NCBI GenBank assembly: GCA_021824915.1
Contig: JAKAJP010000003.1
Coordinates: forward strand, 136-64,135
DNA: 64,000 bases
Origin: a bacterium
GTDB lineage: Bacteria > Patescibacteriota > Microgenomatia > UBA8517
Direction of reading: 5' to 3'
In this document: piece by piece, positions 9,606 to 18,674 of the stretch
How positions within the stretch are numbered: the first letter of the stretch is position 1
Layout of the letters: each line of letters opens with the position of its first letter
Notes under the pieces: generated by a model
The model's input: the letters and a program-made list of their open reading frames with translations, nothing else
What the model was told of the DNA's origin: nothing
The model's database searches: none
Translations under genes and position numbers: made by a program

Positions 9606-10288
9606 ATTTTCTTGTCGGAAATTATAACCCCGTCCTTCATTTGAACTATTCTCTTTGCCTTTTTGGCAATTTCAAGCTCGTGGGTGACCAAAACAATTGT
9701 ATTTCCTTTTGCGTTTAATTCTTTGAGTAGAGAAACAATCTCATCCCCCGCCTTACTATCCAAATTTCCCGTCGGTTCATCTGCTAAAATCAAGCTGGGT
9801 TTAGTTATTAACGCCCGGGCAATTGCTACTCTTTGCTGTTGGCCTCCGGAAAGCTGGGCTGGTGTATGATTCATCCGCTCAGCAAGACCCACTATCTTAA
9901 GTGCCTCCTCGGCTCTCCTAATCCTTTCTGTCGCCGAGACCCCCGAATAAATCAAGGGAAGCTCGACATTGTCCAAGGCACTTGTTCTGGGAAGAAGATT
10001 AAAAGCCTGAAAAACAAAACCTATATGTTTATTCCTGAGTTCAGCTAACTTTTCCTCAGGAAGCTTGCCCACGTTTTTTCCTTCAAGCTCGACCAGGCCG
10101 GTTGAAGGAGAATCCAATATCCCAATGATATGCATAAGCGTTGATTTTCCACTACCAGAAGGCCCAATGATAGAAACAAACTCTTTCTCTTTTATCTTAA
10201 GATCAATTCCCCTTAGGGCTTGCACCTCAACTCCCCCATCAAGCCTGTAGGTTTTTGTAACCTTTGATAAAGAAATTAGCGAAGCCAT
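9602..10288 (-). CDS. ABC transporter ATP-binding protein (MacB/LolD-type)
   Basis: Walker [10 protein letters not shown], signature [15 protein letters not shown] and Walker [12 protein letters not shown]. Confidence 0.85.
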   Translation of the reverse strand: MASLISLSKVTKTYRLDGGVEVQALRGIDLKIKEKEFVSIIGPSGSGKSTLMHIIGILDSPSTGLVELEGKNVGKLPEEKLAELRNKHIGFVFQAFNLLPRTSALDNVELPLIYSGVSATERIRRAEEALKIVGLAERMNHTPAQLSGGQQQRVAIARALITKPSLILADEPTGNLDSKAGDEIVSLLKELNAKGNTIVLVTHELEIAKKAKRIVQMKDGVIISDKKI

Positions 10289-10292
10289 AGTG

Positions 10293-11357
10293 CTAGATAC
10301 TGACTTTTTGCCCGTCTTTTAATGTAGATGGCGGATTATTAACAATGGTTTGTCCTTCAATCAGACCAGATTTTATTTCAGTCTCATCTATACTTGATCC
10401 CCCAGTCTCAACCTGACTTTTTTTAATCCTTCCTCCTTCAACTATCCAAACAAAGTTTCCGCCATCGGAAACAATGGCTCCGGAAGGAATCTTGAATGCA
10501 TCTGTTATGGTGTTGTAGGTAATATCAGCATCTCCACCCATTCCAACTCTAAACTTCATCTCGGCGTTTTCGGGGAGCGAAATTCTAACATGATACGCGT
10601 TGCCACCCGTTTTTGAAGTAAAGGCAACAACTCCAACACTCTCGACCAGCCCGGAAAAACTCTCGTTTGGATAAGCATCAAGTTTTAAGTCTACAGACTG
10701 TCCAACTCTCACGTTTGGTAAATCTGTTTCGTCCACTTCAGCATCAAAATAAACTGATTTTGGATTGACTAAGACATAGCTGGCGCCACCCAAGATGACG
10801 TTTACACCGGGCGAAGCAGGATCAACCATATCCATCACACCATCAAATGGTGCAAAAATAATCGCATTGTCCAATGCCTTCTTGGCACTAATCATATCGT
10901 TATACGCATTGTCACGATTAACCTCAGCCGTTGTCCTTGTATCCTTTTGAGAAAAAGATTCATCGGATGAGTGATTTTTAACCTGATCCAAAACATTATC
11001 TGCGGTAGCCTGATATTTTCTATAAGTATTAACGGCGTCTTGATATGTCGCATTAAGAGAATAAGTATCAAGCTGCGCAATCGCCTGACCTTTCACAACT
11101 TTATCTCCCGACTTCACTCCTACCCACGAAACCTTGCCACCAGACTGGAATGTAAGATTTGAATATTCATCCGCCTTAATTTCACCGGAAGTAGAGATAG
11201 ATTCAACCAGACCACCCTTACTTACCTTTGCAGATTCAACTTTGATAACTTTGTTTTTGTTTCCAAGAATAACCCAAACGACAACTATTATTGCCCCAAT
11301 AATCACCCAAAACCACCTTCCAAATCTAGCTTTGAGGCCGAATAAAATCGCTTTCAT
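10293..11357 (-). CDS. periplasmic adaptor / membrane fusion protein (MacA/HlyD family)
   Basis: N-terminal TM anchor, a biotinyl-lipoyl-like motif (VKSGDKVVKGQAIAQLD), a coiled-coil region and a C-terminal beta-barrel. It sits in operon position with the MacB-like ATPase and permease. Confidence 0.7.
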   Translation of the reverse strand: MKAILFGLKARFGRWFWVIIGAIIVVVWVILGNKNKVIKVESAKVSKGGLVESISTSGEIKADEYSNLTFQSGGKVSWVGVKSGDKVVKGQAIAQLDTYSLNATYQDAVNTYRKYQATADNVLDQVKNHSSDESFSQKDTRTTAEVNRDNAYNDMISAKKALDNAIIFAPFDGVMDMVDPASPGVNVILGGASYVLVNPKSVYFDAEVDETDLPNVRVGQSVDLKLDAYPNESFSGLVESVGVVAFTSKTGGNAYHVRISLPENAEMKFRVGMGGDADITYNTITDAFKIPSGAIVSDGGNFVWIVEGGRIKKSQVETGGSSIDETEIKSGLIEGQTIVNNPPSTLKDGQKVSI

Positions 11358-11417
11358 ATATTCACATAATTTTAACCGATTTACAGCACAAGGAATACTA
11401 TGTTAATTCAAACCCAA

Positions 11418-12194
11418 TTAAAAAGAAAGAGAGTCTAGAAGTTTGGAAAATGAAGACTGGGTTACACCAACGATTTGTCCGTTTTGTGCAGACACCTGAC
11501 CCGTCTTATCGATTGCGATTGTAAATAGACCCAGAAGTCTTTCGTATTTAACTCCATTGATTTCATAAACTGGGTTTCCGTTTGCATCAGTCGTTAAATT
11601 AATTCCGTTCTGGACTGAGAAAACTCCACTATTCACAAGGTTTTGAACTGCTTGATCGGGAAGTGTTGTAACATTTCTTGATCCCGCAGGGGTTGTAATG
11701 GTCAACTCCTTAGTCGCTGGGTTTACGGAAATTGGGGTTTTACCTTGAATCTGAACCTTCAAACCCTGCTGTTCAAACTGAAAAGCGTCACCTTTGTGAA
11801 GTTTAACCTTTGCCTCACCAGTTCCGTCTTTTACCTCAACCTCTGTTTCAAGATCGGCTTCAGCTTCCGGAGTATCCTTTGGCTCAGGTGTATCAACAGA
11901 TTCAGGTCTCTCAGTGTTTCCTGTCCCGCCCTCTTTCTGAAAAGTTTGTTCCAGATTTAATGTATTACCAGTCCCAGTACCAGTTGAGGTGGTTGTGTTC
12001 GATTGCGAAGAAACCTGAACCGGTGTACTACCCCTTTCATCTCCACCAGAGCTAGTCCCGCTACTATCAGACTCGCTCAAAACTTTCTTACCAAGAGGCG
12101 ACTTACCGGCTGAAAAAATAGTAAAAACTGAAAGAAGAAGCGCTGCAACAACAATAACCGGAAGTAGTTTATTAACAGATTTTTTCATTGACAT
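11418..12194 (-). CDS. hypothetical secreted protein with a Ser/Thr/Gly-rich low-complexity region
   Basis: A signal peptide, then an S/T/G-rich segment and an acidic Pro/Glu stretch. It is the first gene of the exporter operon. Confidence 0.45.
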   Translation of the reverse strand: MSMKKSVNKLLPVIVVAALLLSVFTIFSAGKSPLGKKVLSESDSSGTSSGGDERGSTPVQVSSQSNTTTSTGTGTGNTLNLEQTFQKEGGTGNTERPESVDTPEPKDTPEAEADLETEVEVKDGTGEAKVKLHKGDAFQFEQQGLKVQIQGKTPISVNPATKELTITTPAGSRNVTTLPDQAVQNLVNSGVFSVQNGINLTTDANGNPVYEINGVKYERLLGLFTIAIDKTGQVSAQNGQIVGVTQSSFSKLLDSLSF

Positions 12195-12301
12195 ATCAGC
12201 CTATCATTCAAAAAAGACCTATGTCAAGACGTTAAAAGTATTGACTTTGATAAAAATTTGAGCAAATACTGAAGAGTAGCTGAGGAAGGGGGTGAAAAAT
12301 T

Positions 12302-12502
12302 ATGAAGATGAGTACGTTGGATTATATTGGTTGGGTATTAATAGTCGTTGGAGCACTCAACTGGGGACTGATCGGAGCTTTTAACTTTAATCTTGTTACA
12401 ATGCTTTTTGGCGTAGGAATGCTTACCCAGTGGGTTTATATCTTAGTAGGTCTTGCAGGTCTTTATTCATTGTGGAAAATGTTCACAATGAAGAAAAAAT
12501 AA
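12302..12502 (+). CDS. DUF378-family small membrane protein
   Basis: A 66-aa protein with two TM segments. The VGALNWGLIG motif is characteristic of DUF378. Confidence 0.55.
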   Translation: MKMSTLDYIGWVLIVVGALNWGLIGAFNFNLVTMLFGVGMLTQWVYILVGLAGLYSLWKMFTMKKK

Positions 12503-12565
12503 TTTCGGTTAGACAATGACCCCGCAGTATCCGAATGAAATCACACTTGAAGTGCTGCGGGGTGG

Positions 12566-12886
12566 TTAGTGGATTTCCCTTAATAAATCTACAGAGATTG
12601 AGCCTATCTCTTGTTTCAGTAGTTCCTCAAAATTTTCTCCTATCATTCTTTTCAGATACCCCATCAAAAGCACTTCGTCGTGAGGGGACTTATGAAACAA
12701 TTCCAAAAATTCTTCATGATTCTTCCGGGGTAAATTATCAAGAATACATCCCAAAACTTTGTGATGAACTATCTCGTCTATCAACTTCCAAATTTCCTCC
12801 CGTTCATCTGGAGTTTTCGCAATCTTTTTAACTTCCCTATCTAAATCCTTAAAATCTAATAAATGATCAAAGAAAAGTTTTGACAT
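12566..12886 (-). CDS. hypothetical protein
   Basis: A 106-codon ORF predicted to be helical. It is co-oriented downstream of the RlpA-like gene. Confidence 0.35.
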   Translation of the reverse strand: MSKLFFDHLLDFKDLDREVKKIAKTPDEREEIWKLIDEIVHHKVLGCILDNLPRKNHEEFLELFHKSPHDEVLLMGYLKRMIGENFEELLKQEIGSISVDLLREIH

Positions 12887-12889
12887 ATT

Positions 12890-13837
12890 CTAAATTTTGG
12901 TCAAGGCAACTCCCGGAACATTTACTTTATTATATTCCACAGGTCCTAGTGGAACCTTGTTTTGCGGATCATCAACAAAAAATATTATTACGGGTCCTTT
13001 TTTATATCTGGAGCCTCCAAGATAATTCATGACTTCGGGGCTTCCTCCAAACTGTTTTCCCGTCCAGGCTGCAGGACCGGAATCAGCAATATCAGCTACC
13101 ACCGCATTCCCGTTAAGGGTATTGACTATCAATACCTTCCTAAATTTATACCAATTGGCAAGATACGGTTGACGTGTATTCCAATCCGGTAGATATAATG
13201 TTTGGACAACTGCGTACCATTCTTCTTTATCCGCAGGAACAAACCCCCATGCCCCAAGCCCCGGCGCCATACCTTCATCAAGTTCCGAAACTTTCGGATG
13301 TATCGCCATGTTATCTCCTTGATATCTCGCCAAGTGCTGTTCGGCACCGATAAATCCATAGGTGGTATTCAAATGTTCGCCTTCCAAACCGGCGCGCGCA
13401 CTAACCCCAATAACACTTTGAAAGAGCTGCTCCAGAGACTTCTCTTGAGTCCGGCTTAACGGTCCCACCTTTTCGGGTAGAATCTGATTCATGCCGGATA
13501 GAAGGGTTGCTTGGGTTGGCTCGGTAGCCGTTTCTCCACCAAGTTTACTTACATTCTTAATGATTTCGCTGGGTGTGGGAAATGTATGTGCAGATGCAGG
13601 TGGTGTTATAAGCAGTGTTCCAGCGAGAGCGCTGGACGCAATTACTTTCGCAGAGTGTTCCCGAATTTTACCTAAATCAATTCCACGATCCTCAAAGAAT
13701 TTGACAGCCTGAGGATATTTTTGACTGAAAGAGTCCTTTGTCTCCAAACTTTTTATCTTGAGTTTGTTACGCAGAAACTCAGTATCTACTCTTTTTTTAT
13801 TTATTTTGTAAGTTGTACCGGGCAGGTCGTGGGCCAT
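12890..13837 (-). CDS. RlpA-like double-psi beta-barrel (DPBB) domain protein with an unrecognised N-terminal region
   Basis: The C-terminal KVLIVNTLNGNAVVADIADSGPAAWTGK fits the RlpA/expansin DPBB pattern (V.V.N..NG.sv.v.i.DrGP). A signal or TM segment lies near residue 60. Confidence 0.45.
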   Translation of the reverse strand: MAHDLPGTTYKINKKRVDTEFLRNKLKIKSLETKDSFSQKYPQAVKFFEDRGIDLGKIREHSAKVIASSALAGTLLITPPASAHTFPTPSEIIKNVSKLGGETATEPTQATLLSGMNQILPEKVGPLSRTQEKSLEQLFQSVIGVSARAGLEGEHLNTTYGFIGAEQHLARYQGDNMAIHPKVSELDEGMAPGLGAWGFVPADKEEWYAVVQTLYLPDWNTRQPYLANWYKFRKVLIVNTLNGNAVVADIADSGPAAWTGKQFGGSPEVMNYLGGSRYKKGPVIIFFVDDPQNKVPLGPVEYNKVNVPGVALTKI

Positions 13838-13838
13838 T

Positions 13839-15143
13839 TTATTCCAAAACTTCTCTTAGTCTTCTTAACGACTCTTCTTTACCTAAAATCTTCACAGACT
13901 CGTTAATTGGCGGGGTAAATCTACTGCCGGTTATAGCAACCCGTAAATCCATGAAAAAGTCTCCTATTTTATAGCTATTTTCTTCCGGAACCCTATCCAA
14001 AGAGATATTTTTTTCGATTGCCTCGACTGCTTTTTTCAAATGATCTCTATAATTTTTTCCCAACAACTTCTTATCCACCTTGGGGGACTCGAAGAAAAAT
14101 CCTGCAAACGGACCAAAATCAGAAAGTTTCTTAACCCGATCCTTAATCAAAGGGATTATTTCCTTAACTTTAACGGCGTCAGCACCTTCCGGCAAAAACC
14201 GGTCAAAAAGATCAAGAAGCTCGCTATCACTTTTCTGCCTGATGTAATGGCCGTTAAACCAATCCAGTTTTTCCCGATTAAAAATGGGGTTTGATTTCTG
14301 AAAACCGCTTATGTCAAAATTTTTGACAAAATCTTCAAGGGTAAAAAGCTCTCTGTTGTCTTTCGGGGCCCAACCGGCCAAAATTACAAAATTAAAGATT
14401 GCTTCGGGCAAGTATCCCTCGGAAAGCAAACCTCTAACAGAAGTGCTACCTTTTCTTTTTGAAAGCTTCCCCCCTTCAGGATCTAAAATATCCGTCAGAT
14501 GACCAATCTCAGGAACTTCATAGCCAAGATATTTATAAACCAAAAGATGTATCGGTGTTGACGGGAGCCAGTCGTGCCCCCTCAAAACATGAGATATGCT
14601 CATATCATGATCGTCCACCACAACTGCAAGATGATAGGTTGGAAAACCATCAGACTTTAAAAGTGTTGCATCAAAAACAACATTAGTATTCCAGGAAACC
14701 TCCTCGCGAAGAACAAAATCTCTAAATTTCACAGTCTCATTTTCCGGAACTTTCAATTTAATCGCGCCGGAAGTAAGACCCTTATCACGGCACCGATCCC
14801 GCTTATCAGAAGAAAAACCCTCTCTCTTTGCATTTTTGGCCTCACATTGACAATAAAAAGCATGTCCACTTTTTACCAGATCCTCAGCCGCTTTTTTATA
14901 CAATGCAAGACGCTCGGATTGAATGTAAAATTCGTCCCACTTCAAACCAAAAAGTGTTACAAGATCTTTTATGTCCGCAACGCCTCCCTCAACTTCTCTT
15001 TTCTTATCCGTATCCTCAACTCTCAAGATAAATTCACCATCTTCGTGTTTCGCTAAAGCGTAGGCATAAAAAGCGGTTCTTAAATTGCCGATATGCATTG
15101 ATCCGGTCGGGCTCGGCGCAAATCGCGTTCTAATTTTCTTCAT
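13839..15143 (-). CDS. gltX: glutamyl-tRNA synthetase
   Basis: Class I HIGH motif (RFAPSPTGSMHIGN) and KMSKS-type KLSKRK. It is only 434 aa with a short C-terminus. Confidence 0.85.
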   Translation of the reverse strand: MKKIRTRFAPSPTGSMHIGNLRTAFYAYALAKHEDGEFILRVEDTDKKREVEGGVADIKDLVTLFGLKWDEFYIQSERLALYKKAAEDLVKSGHAFYCQCEAKNAKREGFSSDKRDRCRDKGLTSGAIKLKVPENETVKFRDFVLREEVSWNTNVVFDATLLKSDGFPTYHLAVVVDDHDMSISHVLRGHDWLPSTPIHLLVYKYLGYEVPEIGHLTDILDPEGGKLSKRKGSTSVRGLLSEGYLPEAIFNFVILAGWAPKDNRELFTLEDFVKNFDISGFQKSNPIFNREKLDWFNGHYIRQKSDSELLDLFDRFLPEGADAVKVKEIIPLIKDRVKKLSDFGPFAGFFFESPKVDKKLLGKNYRDHLKKAVEAIEKNISLDRVPEENSYKIGDFFMDLRVAITGSRFTPPINESVKILGKEESLRRLREVLE

Positions 15144-15160
15144 GCTAATATGAGTATTAT

Positions 15161-16210
15161 ATGACGCAACTGACCCAAATCGCCATAACAGCCAGAAAAA
15201 TAGTCAGATATAGTATTTATTTCATTATTTTTCTGACGGTCGGAAAAATTCTTTTGGATTTGTCTGTCAATATCTATAGAAAGATTTTTCCGGCTCCACC
15301 CCCGCCTCCGACCGTAAAATTTGGAAAGCTTACAAAAATTCAGTTCCCGACAAACGCGGTAACTACCAAGTTAACTTATACACTTGAAACTCCCGATGGA
15401 GGGTTTCCACAAGAACCAAATCAGGCAAAAGTTTATTTCATGCCAAAAGTTAGTGCCAACCTGCTTTCTCTCGACGCGGCGAAAGAAAGGGCTAACGCGA
15501 TGGGTTTTGGCGGTGACCCGGTACAAGTTTCAGATACAATTTACAAATTTAAGAGCAGAGATTTTCCAACCACAATGGAAATGAACATCGTCACAGGAGT
15601 ATTTTCAATCAGCTATGATTTGAATGCTGACAGAACCCCAATTGAAAACATTCCGCCAGTACCTGAAGTCGGAGCGTCCAGTTACAGATCTTTCCTATCA
15701 GGAGCAAGCATTTTACCAAACGACCTGACCGGCCCAACAAGTCATGATTTTCTTAAGCTTTCCGCAGGAAAATTTGTAACCGCGCTTTCTCTTTCCGAAT
15801 CTAATGCCGTCAAAGTAAATCTCTTCAGGAAGAGTTATGACAACCTACCCTCGATGACCGGAAATCCCAATGAAGCAAATGTTTGGGCAATCTTAACCGG
15901 TGCAACAACAAAAACCCAACAAGTAATTGCGGCCGAGTATCACTACTTTCCAGTCGATGAAAGTCAATACTCCACATATCCAATAAAAACCCCTGAAGCC
16001 GCCTTTGCCGAACTCCAAAACGGGCAGGCGTTTATTGCAAACTTGGGTGTCAATAAAGATGGAGACTCGTTAAAAATTAGACGTGTTTACCTTGCCTATT
16101 TTGATCCGGAAGTGGAATCAGAATTTTACCAGCCGATTTACGTTTTTGAAGGTGATAACGGTTTTGTCGCCTACGACCCCGCCGTTACACTAAACTATTA
16201 CGGTCAATAA
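15161..16210 (+). CDS. hypothetical membrane-anchored protein
   Basis: An N-terminal TM, a PAPPPPPT linker and an extracytoplasmic domain I cannot place in a family. Confidence 0.4.
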   Translation: MTQLTQIAITARKIVRYSIYFIIFLTVGKILLDLSVNIYRKIFPAPPPPPTVKFGKLTKIQFPTNAVTTKLTYTLETPDGGFPQEPNQAKVYFMPKVSANLLSLDAAKERANAMGFGGDPVQVSDTIYKFKSRDFPTTMEMNIVTGVFSISYDLNADRTPIENIPPVPEVGASSYRSFLSGASILPNDLTGPTSHDFLKLSAGKFVTALSLSESNAVKVNLFRKSYDNLPSMTGNPNEANVWAILTGATTKTQQVIAAEYHYFPVDESQYSTYPIKTPEAAFAELQNGQAFIANLGVNKDGDSLKIRRVYLAYFDPEVESEFYQPIYVFEGDNGFVAYDPAVTLNYYGQ

Positions 16211-17143
16211 CTAATTACCGGGGTTGACCTCTTGCCATTTATAGTTCGCAAATATCCAATCGATAAGCTCTTTTGTTTCGCCAAACCTATCCTGACTTCC
16301 CAGAACCGCAATCATAATTTTGTGCCCGTCGCGTTCAATATATGTAACTAAATTCTCGCGGGCGTTCTCGGTCCAACCCGTTTTGACCCCCATCACTCCG
16401 GGAACTGAACCTAAAAGCTCATTTATATTTGTCAGGTTGTAAACATTTTTTCCCGACACATCTGTAATTGTTATTTGTTTCGTCCCCACAATTTTCGCAA
16501 ATTCGGGGTTACGCATTGCAACCTCCGAAGCCCTAACCAAGTCACGGGCAGTAGAGCGCTGCATGTCCTCATCGAGGCCTACAGGATTAGCAAAGTGACT
16601 ATTGTCCATTGAGAGAGATTTAGCTTTATCATTCATTGCCAAAACAAAAGAATTATAACCTCCGGGGTAATTGAAAGCTAAAGTTTCTGCCGCATCATTT
16701 GCCGAATAAACTAAAAGTCCATACAAAATATTTTCAACTTTCATTTGCTCCCCGGGGATTAGGCCCATCTTTTGTCCATCAACCACAACCTCCCGGGGAA
16801 TTGTAAGAACCGAATCCAGATTAAAATAATCCATGGCAACCAAAGCCGTAATAATTTTGGTAGTTGATGCCGGCAACAGAGGAGAATCTGGATCTTTTTC
16901 ATAAAGCGGAACTCCACTTCCAAGATCAACCGCAAAGACGCCCTCAGCAGAAATTACAGGAAAAGAAGAACTACCGGAAAGAACCGGTATCGGAGGAAAT
17001 TTTTTCGGTTCCTCCGCAACCGCACTTAATTTTTCAACAAACTTTGGAATTTCACCAGAAATTACCAAACCACAAGAGGATAAAAAGATAAAGGCCAATA
17101 TGAGTAAATACAAAAAATTATTTTTTGAAGAAAAACGCTTCAT
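16211..17143 (-). CDS. D-alanyl-D-alanine carboxypeptidase (peptidase S11, PBP5-like)
   Basis: SxxK (ASTTK), SxN (SANDAA) and KTG (KTGWT) motifs, with an N-terminal signal/TM. Confidence 0.8.
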   Translation of the reverse strand: MKRFSSKNNFLYLLILAFIFLSSCGLVISGEIPKFVEKLSAVAEEPKKFPPIPVLSGSSSFPVISAEGVFAVDLGSGVPLYEKDPDSPLLPASTTKIITALVAMDYFNLDSVLTIPREVVVDGQKMGLIPGEQMKVENILYGLLVYSANDAAETLAFNYPGGYNSFVLAMNDKAKSLSMDNSHFANPVGLDEDMQRSTARDLVRASEVAMRNPEFAKIVGTKQITITDVSGKNVYNLTNINELLGSVPGVMGVKTGWTENARENLVTYIERDGHKIMIAVLGSQDRFGETKELIDWIFANYKWQEVNPGN

Positions 17144-17147
17144 CAGA

Positions 17148-18461
17148 TTATCGGGAGAATCTAAAATCCACCCTTTCCATATCTCGCGGGAAAAGCGAGG
17201 CCTCCCTGACGTTCGAGAGATTAAGAAGCTTCATTGTTATTCTTTCGAGACCAAATGAAAAGCCTCCTTCAGGAGGCATACCATACTTAAAGGCTTGTAA
17301 ATACATCTCAAAATTTGCGGGATCCATCCCCCTATCCTTAATGGCGGCAATAAGTTTGTTGTAATCATTTATTCTCTGACTTCCGCTTAATATCTCAAGA
17401 CCTCTAAAAAGGAGGTCGTAACTTAAAGAATATTCCGGGTCACTTGGGTCTGGGGCTGTATAGAAAGCTCTCTTTTTGGTTGGGTAGTGGGTAATTGTAA
17501 CCAAATCACTATCCTTTTCCTCAAGCGCCCATTTGCAGATTTCTTTTTCATCTTCCGGATCTAAATCCTTTTCCCCTGTATGGTCAACACCCGTCCTTTT
17601 CAAAATAATCTTTTGGGCTTCTCGCATCGTAAGGCGGGGGACTTTTGCCGGAATTTTAAGAGGTGGAACTTTGTAATCTTTTAGAATTTTTTCACAATTC
17701 TCCTCAACATATTTAAGTGTCTTTGTACCTACGAATTCGAGGGCGTCAAGAAGCTCTTCGAAACTGACAAACCCAAGTTCACAATCCATTTGGGTTGCCT
17801 CAGATAAATGTCTTGTAGTAACTGAGGGTTCCGCACGATAAGCTTTAGCTATCGTAAAAACCCTCTCCAAAGACGGAACCAGCATTTGCTTATAAAGCTG
17901 TGGAGACTGCGTCATATAGGCCTTATGGTCATAATAATCAACCATAAACACCTCCGCTCCACCTTCTGTAGCAGATGCAGAAATTGTGGGAACACTGATC
18001 TCCGTACAACCCAATTCTTTTGCAGCTTCTCTAAAACCCTCCAACACTTTTGCCTGAACTTTGAAAATTTCTTTAATTTTAGAGTGTCTTAGCGTCAGAG
18101 TACGATAATCAAGAAGCGTTGGTAACTCGAGATTTAATTCCTCGGCCCCCATGTCAAAAGGCATTTCCTCGGATTTAGACAAAACGACAACTTTTTTACT
18201 TTCCAGTTCAACTGTCCCCGTCTTAATTTTTTCATTTATCATTTTTTCCGGGCGTTTTTTAACCACACCTTCAACTTCAACAGCAAACTGGGGCTTGAGA
18301 TCAACCAGTTCTGCTCCGCCGACAATCTGAAGAACACCACTCCGATCAACAACATCCACGAAAGCAATTTTTCCATGGGCTCTAACGGTTTGTACAAAAC
18401 CGGCTATCTTAACTTCTTCCCCAATTTTTTTTGGAGTTTCACAAATTAGAGTTCTCTCCAT
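17148..18461 (-). CDS. aspS: class IIb aminoacyl-tRNA synthetase, aspartyl-/asparaginyl-type (archaeal/short form)
   Basis: An OB-fold N-domain, then QSPQLYKQ and class II motif 3 GGGFSFGLERITMKLL...FPRD. I place the start at the ATG at 18461 (MERTLICETPKK); the ORF track's 18497 is an upstream TTG. Confidence 0.75.
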   Translation of the reverse strand: MERTLICETPKKIGEEVKIAGFVQTVRAHGKIAFVDVVDRSGVLQIVGGAELVDLKPQFAVEVEGVVKKRPEKMINEKIKTGTVELESKKVVVLSKSEEMPFDMGAEELNLELPTLLDYRTLTLRHSKIKEIFKVQAKVLEGFREAAKELGCTEISVPTISASATEGGAEVFMVDYYDHKAYMTQSPQLYKQMLVPSLERVFTIAKAYRAEPSVTTRHLSEATQMDCELGFVSFEELLDALEFVGTKTLKYVEENCEKILKDYKVPPLKIPAKVPRLTMREAQKIILKRTGVDHTGEKDLDPEDEKEICKWALEEKDSDLVTITHYPTKKRAFYTAPDPSDPEYSLSYDLLFRGLEILSGSQRINDYNKLIAAIKDRGMDPANFEMYLQAFKYGMPPEGGFSFGLERITMKLLNLSNVREASLFPRDMERVDFRFSR

Positions 18462-18468
18462 TAGGTCT

Positions 18469-18497
18469 ATTGTAGTTTCTAAAAATAGCCTTGACAA
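18469..18497 (-). promoter_or_regulatory. sigma70-like promoter TTGTCA-17-TACAAT, 7 nt upstream of the aspS ATG (leaderless transcript predicted)
   Basis: The minus strand reads TTGTCAaggctatttttagaaacTACAATagacctaATG. Confidence 0.45.
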
Positions 18498-18519
18498 CTA
18501 GAGAGCTGTGCCTAATAAT
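18491..18519 (+). promoter_or_regulatory. sigma70-like promoter TTGACA-16/17-TAATAAT, divergent from and overlapping the aspS promoter at the -35 element
   Basis: The sequence is TTGACAactagagagctgtgccTAATAAT. The -35 hexamers of the two promoters share the heptamer TTGACAA. Confidence 0.45.
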
Positions 18520-18624
18520 ACTTTTACAAATGTCGAAAGTTTCTGTTTGGACCAATATTATTCGCATTAACCTCTTTAACTAAGGGGGCTAGGCGTTTGG
18601 TTTAAACCTAAACTTTAACGAATG

Positions 18625-18655
18625 ACCTCCTTAAAAATAAGGAGGTTTTTTGTTG
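18625..18655 (+). terminator. intrinsic terminator/attenuator hairpin ACCTCCTT-aaaaat-AAGGAGGT plus a T-run, in the leader of the 18675 gene
   Basis: A perfect 8-bp stem followed by TTTTTTGTTG. The 5' arm equals the anti-SD of 16S rRNA and the 3' arm is an SD sequence. Confidence 0.55.
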
Positions 18656-18674
18656 TCGGAAGGAGGTGATTTAT

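Noticed and set aside
12503-12565. The CCCCGCAG...CTGCGGGG inverted repeat as a terminator or REP-like element
   Set aside because: It is an 8-bp stem but with a 27-nt loop and no flanking U-tract on either strand. It may modestly stabilise the convergent 3' ends but is not a convincing terminator.
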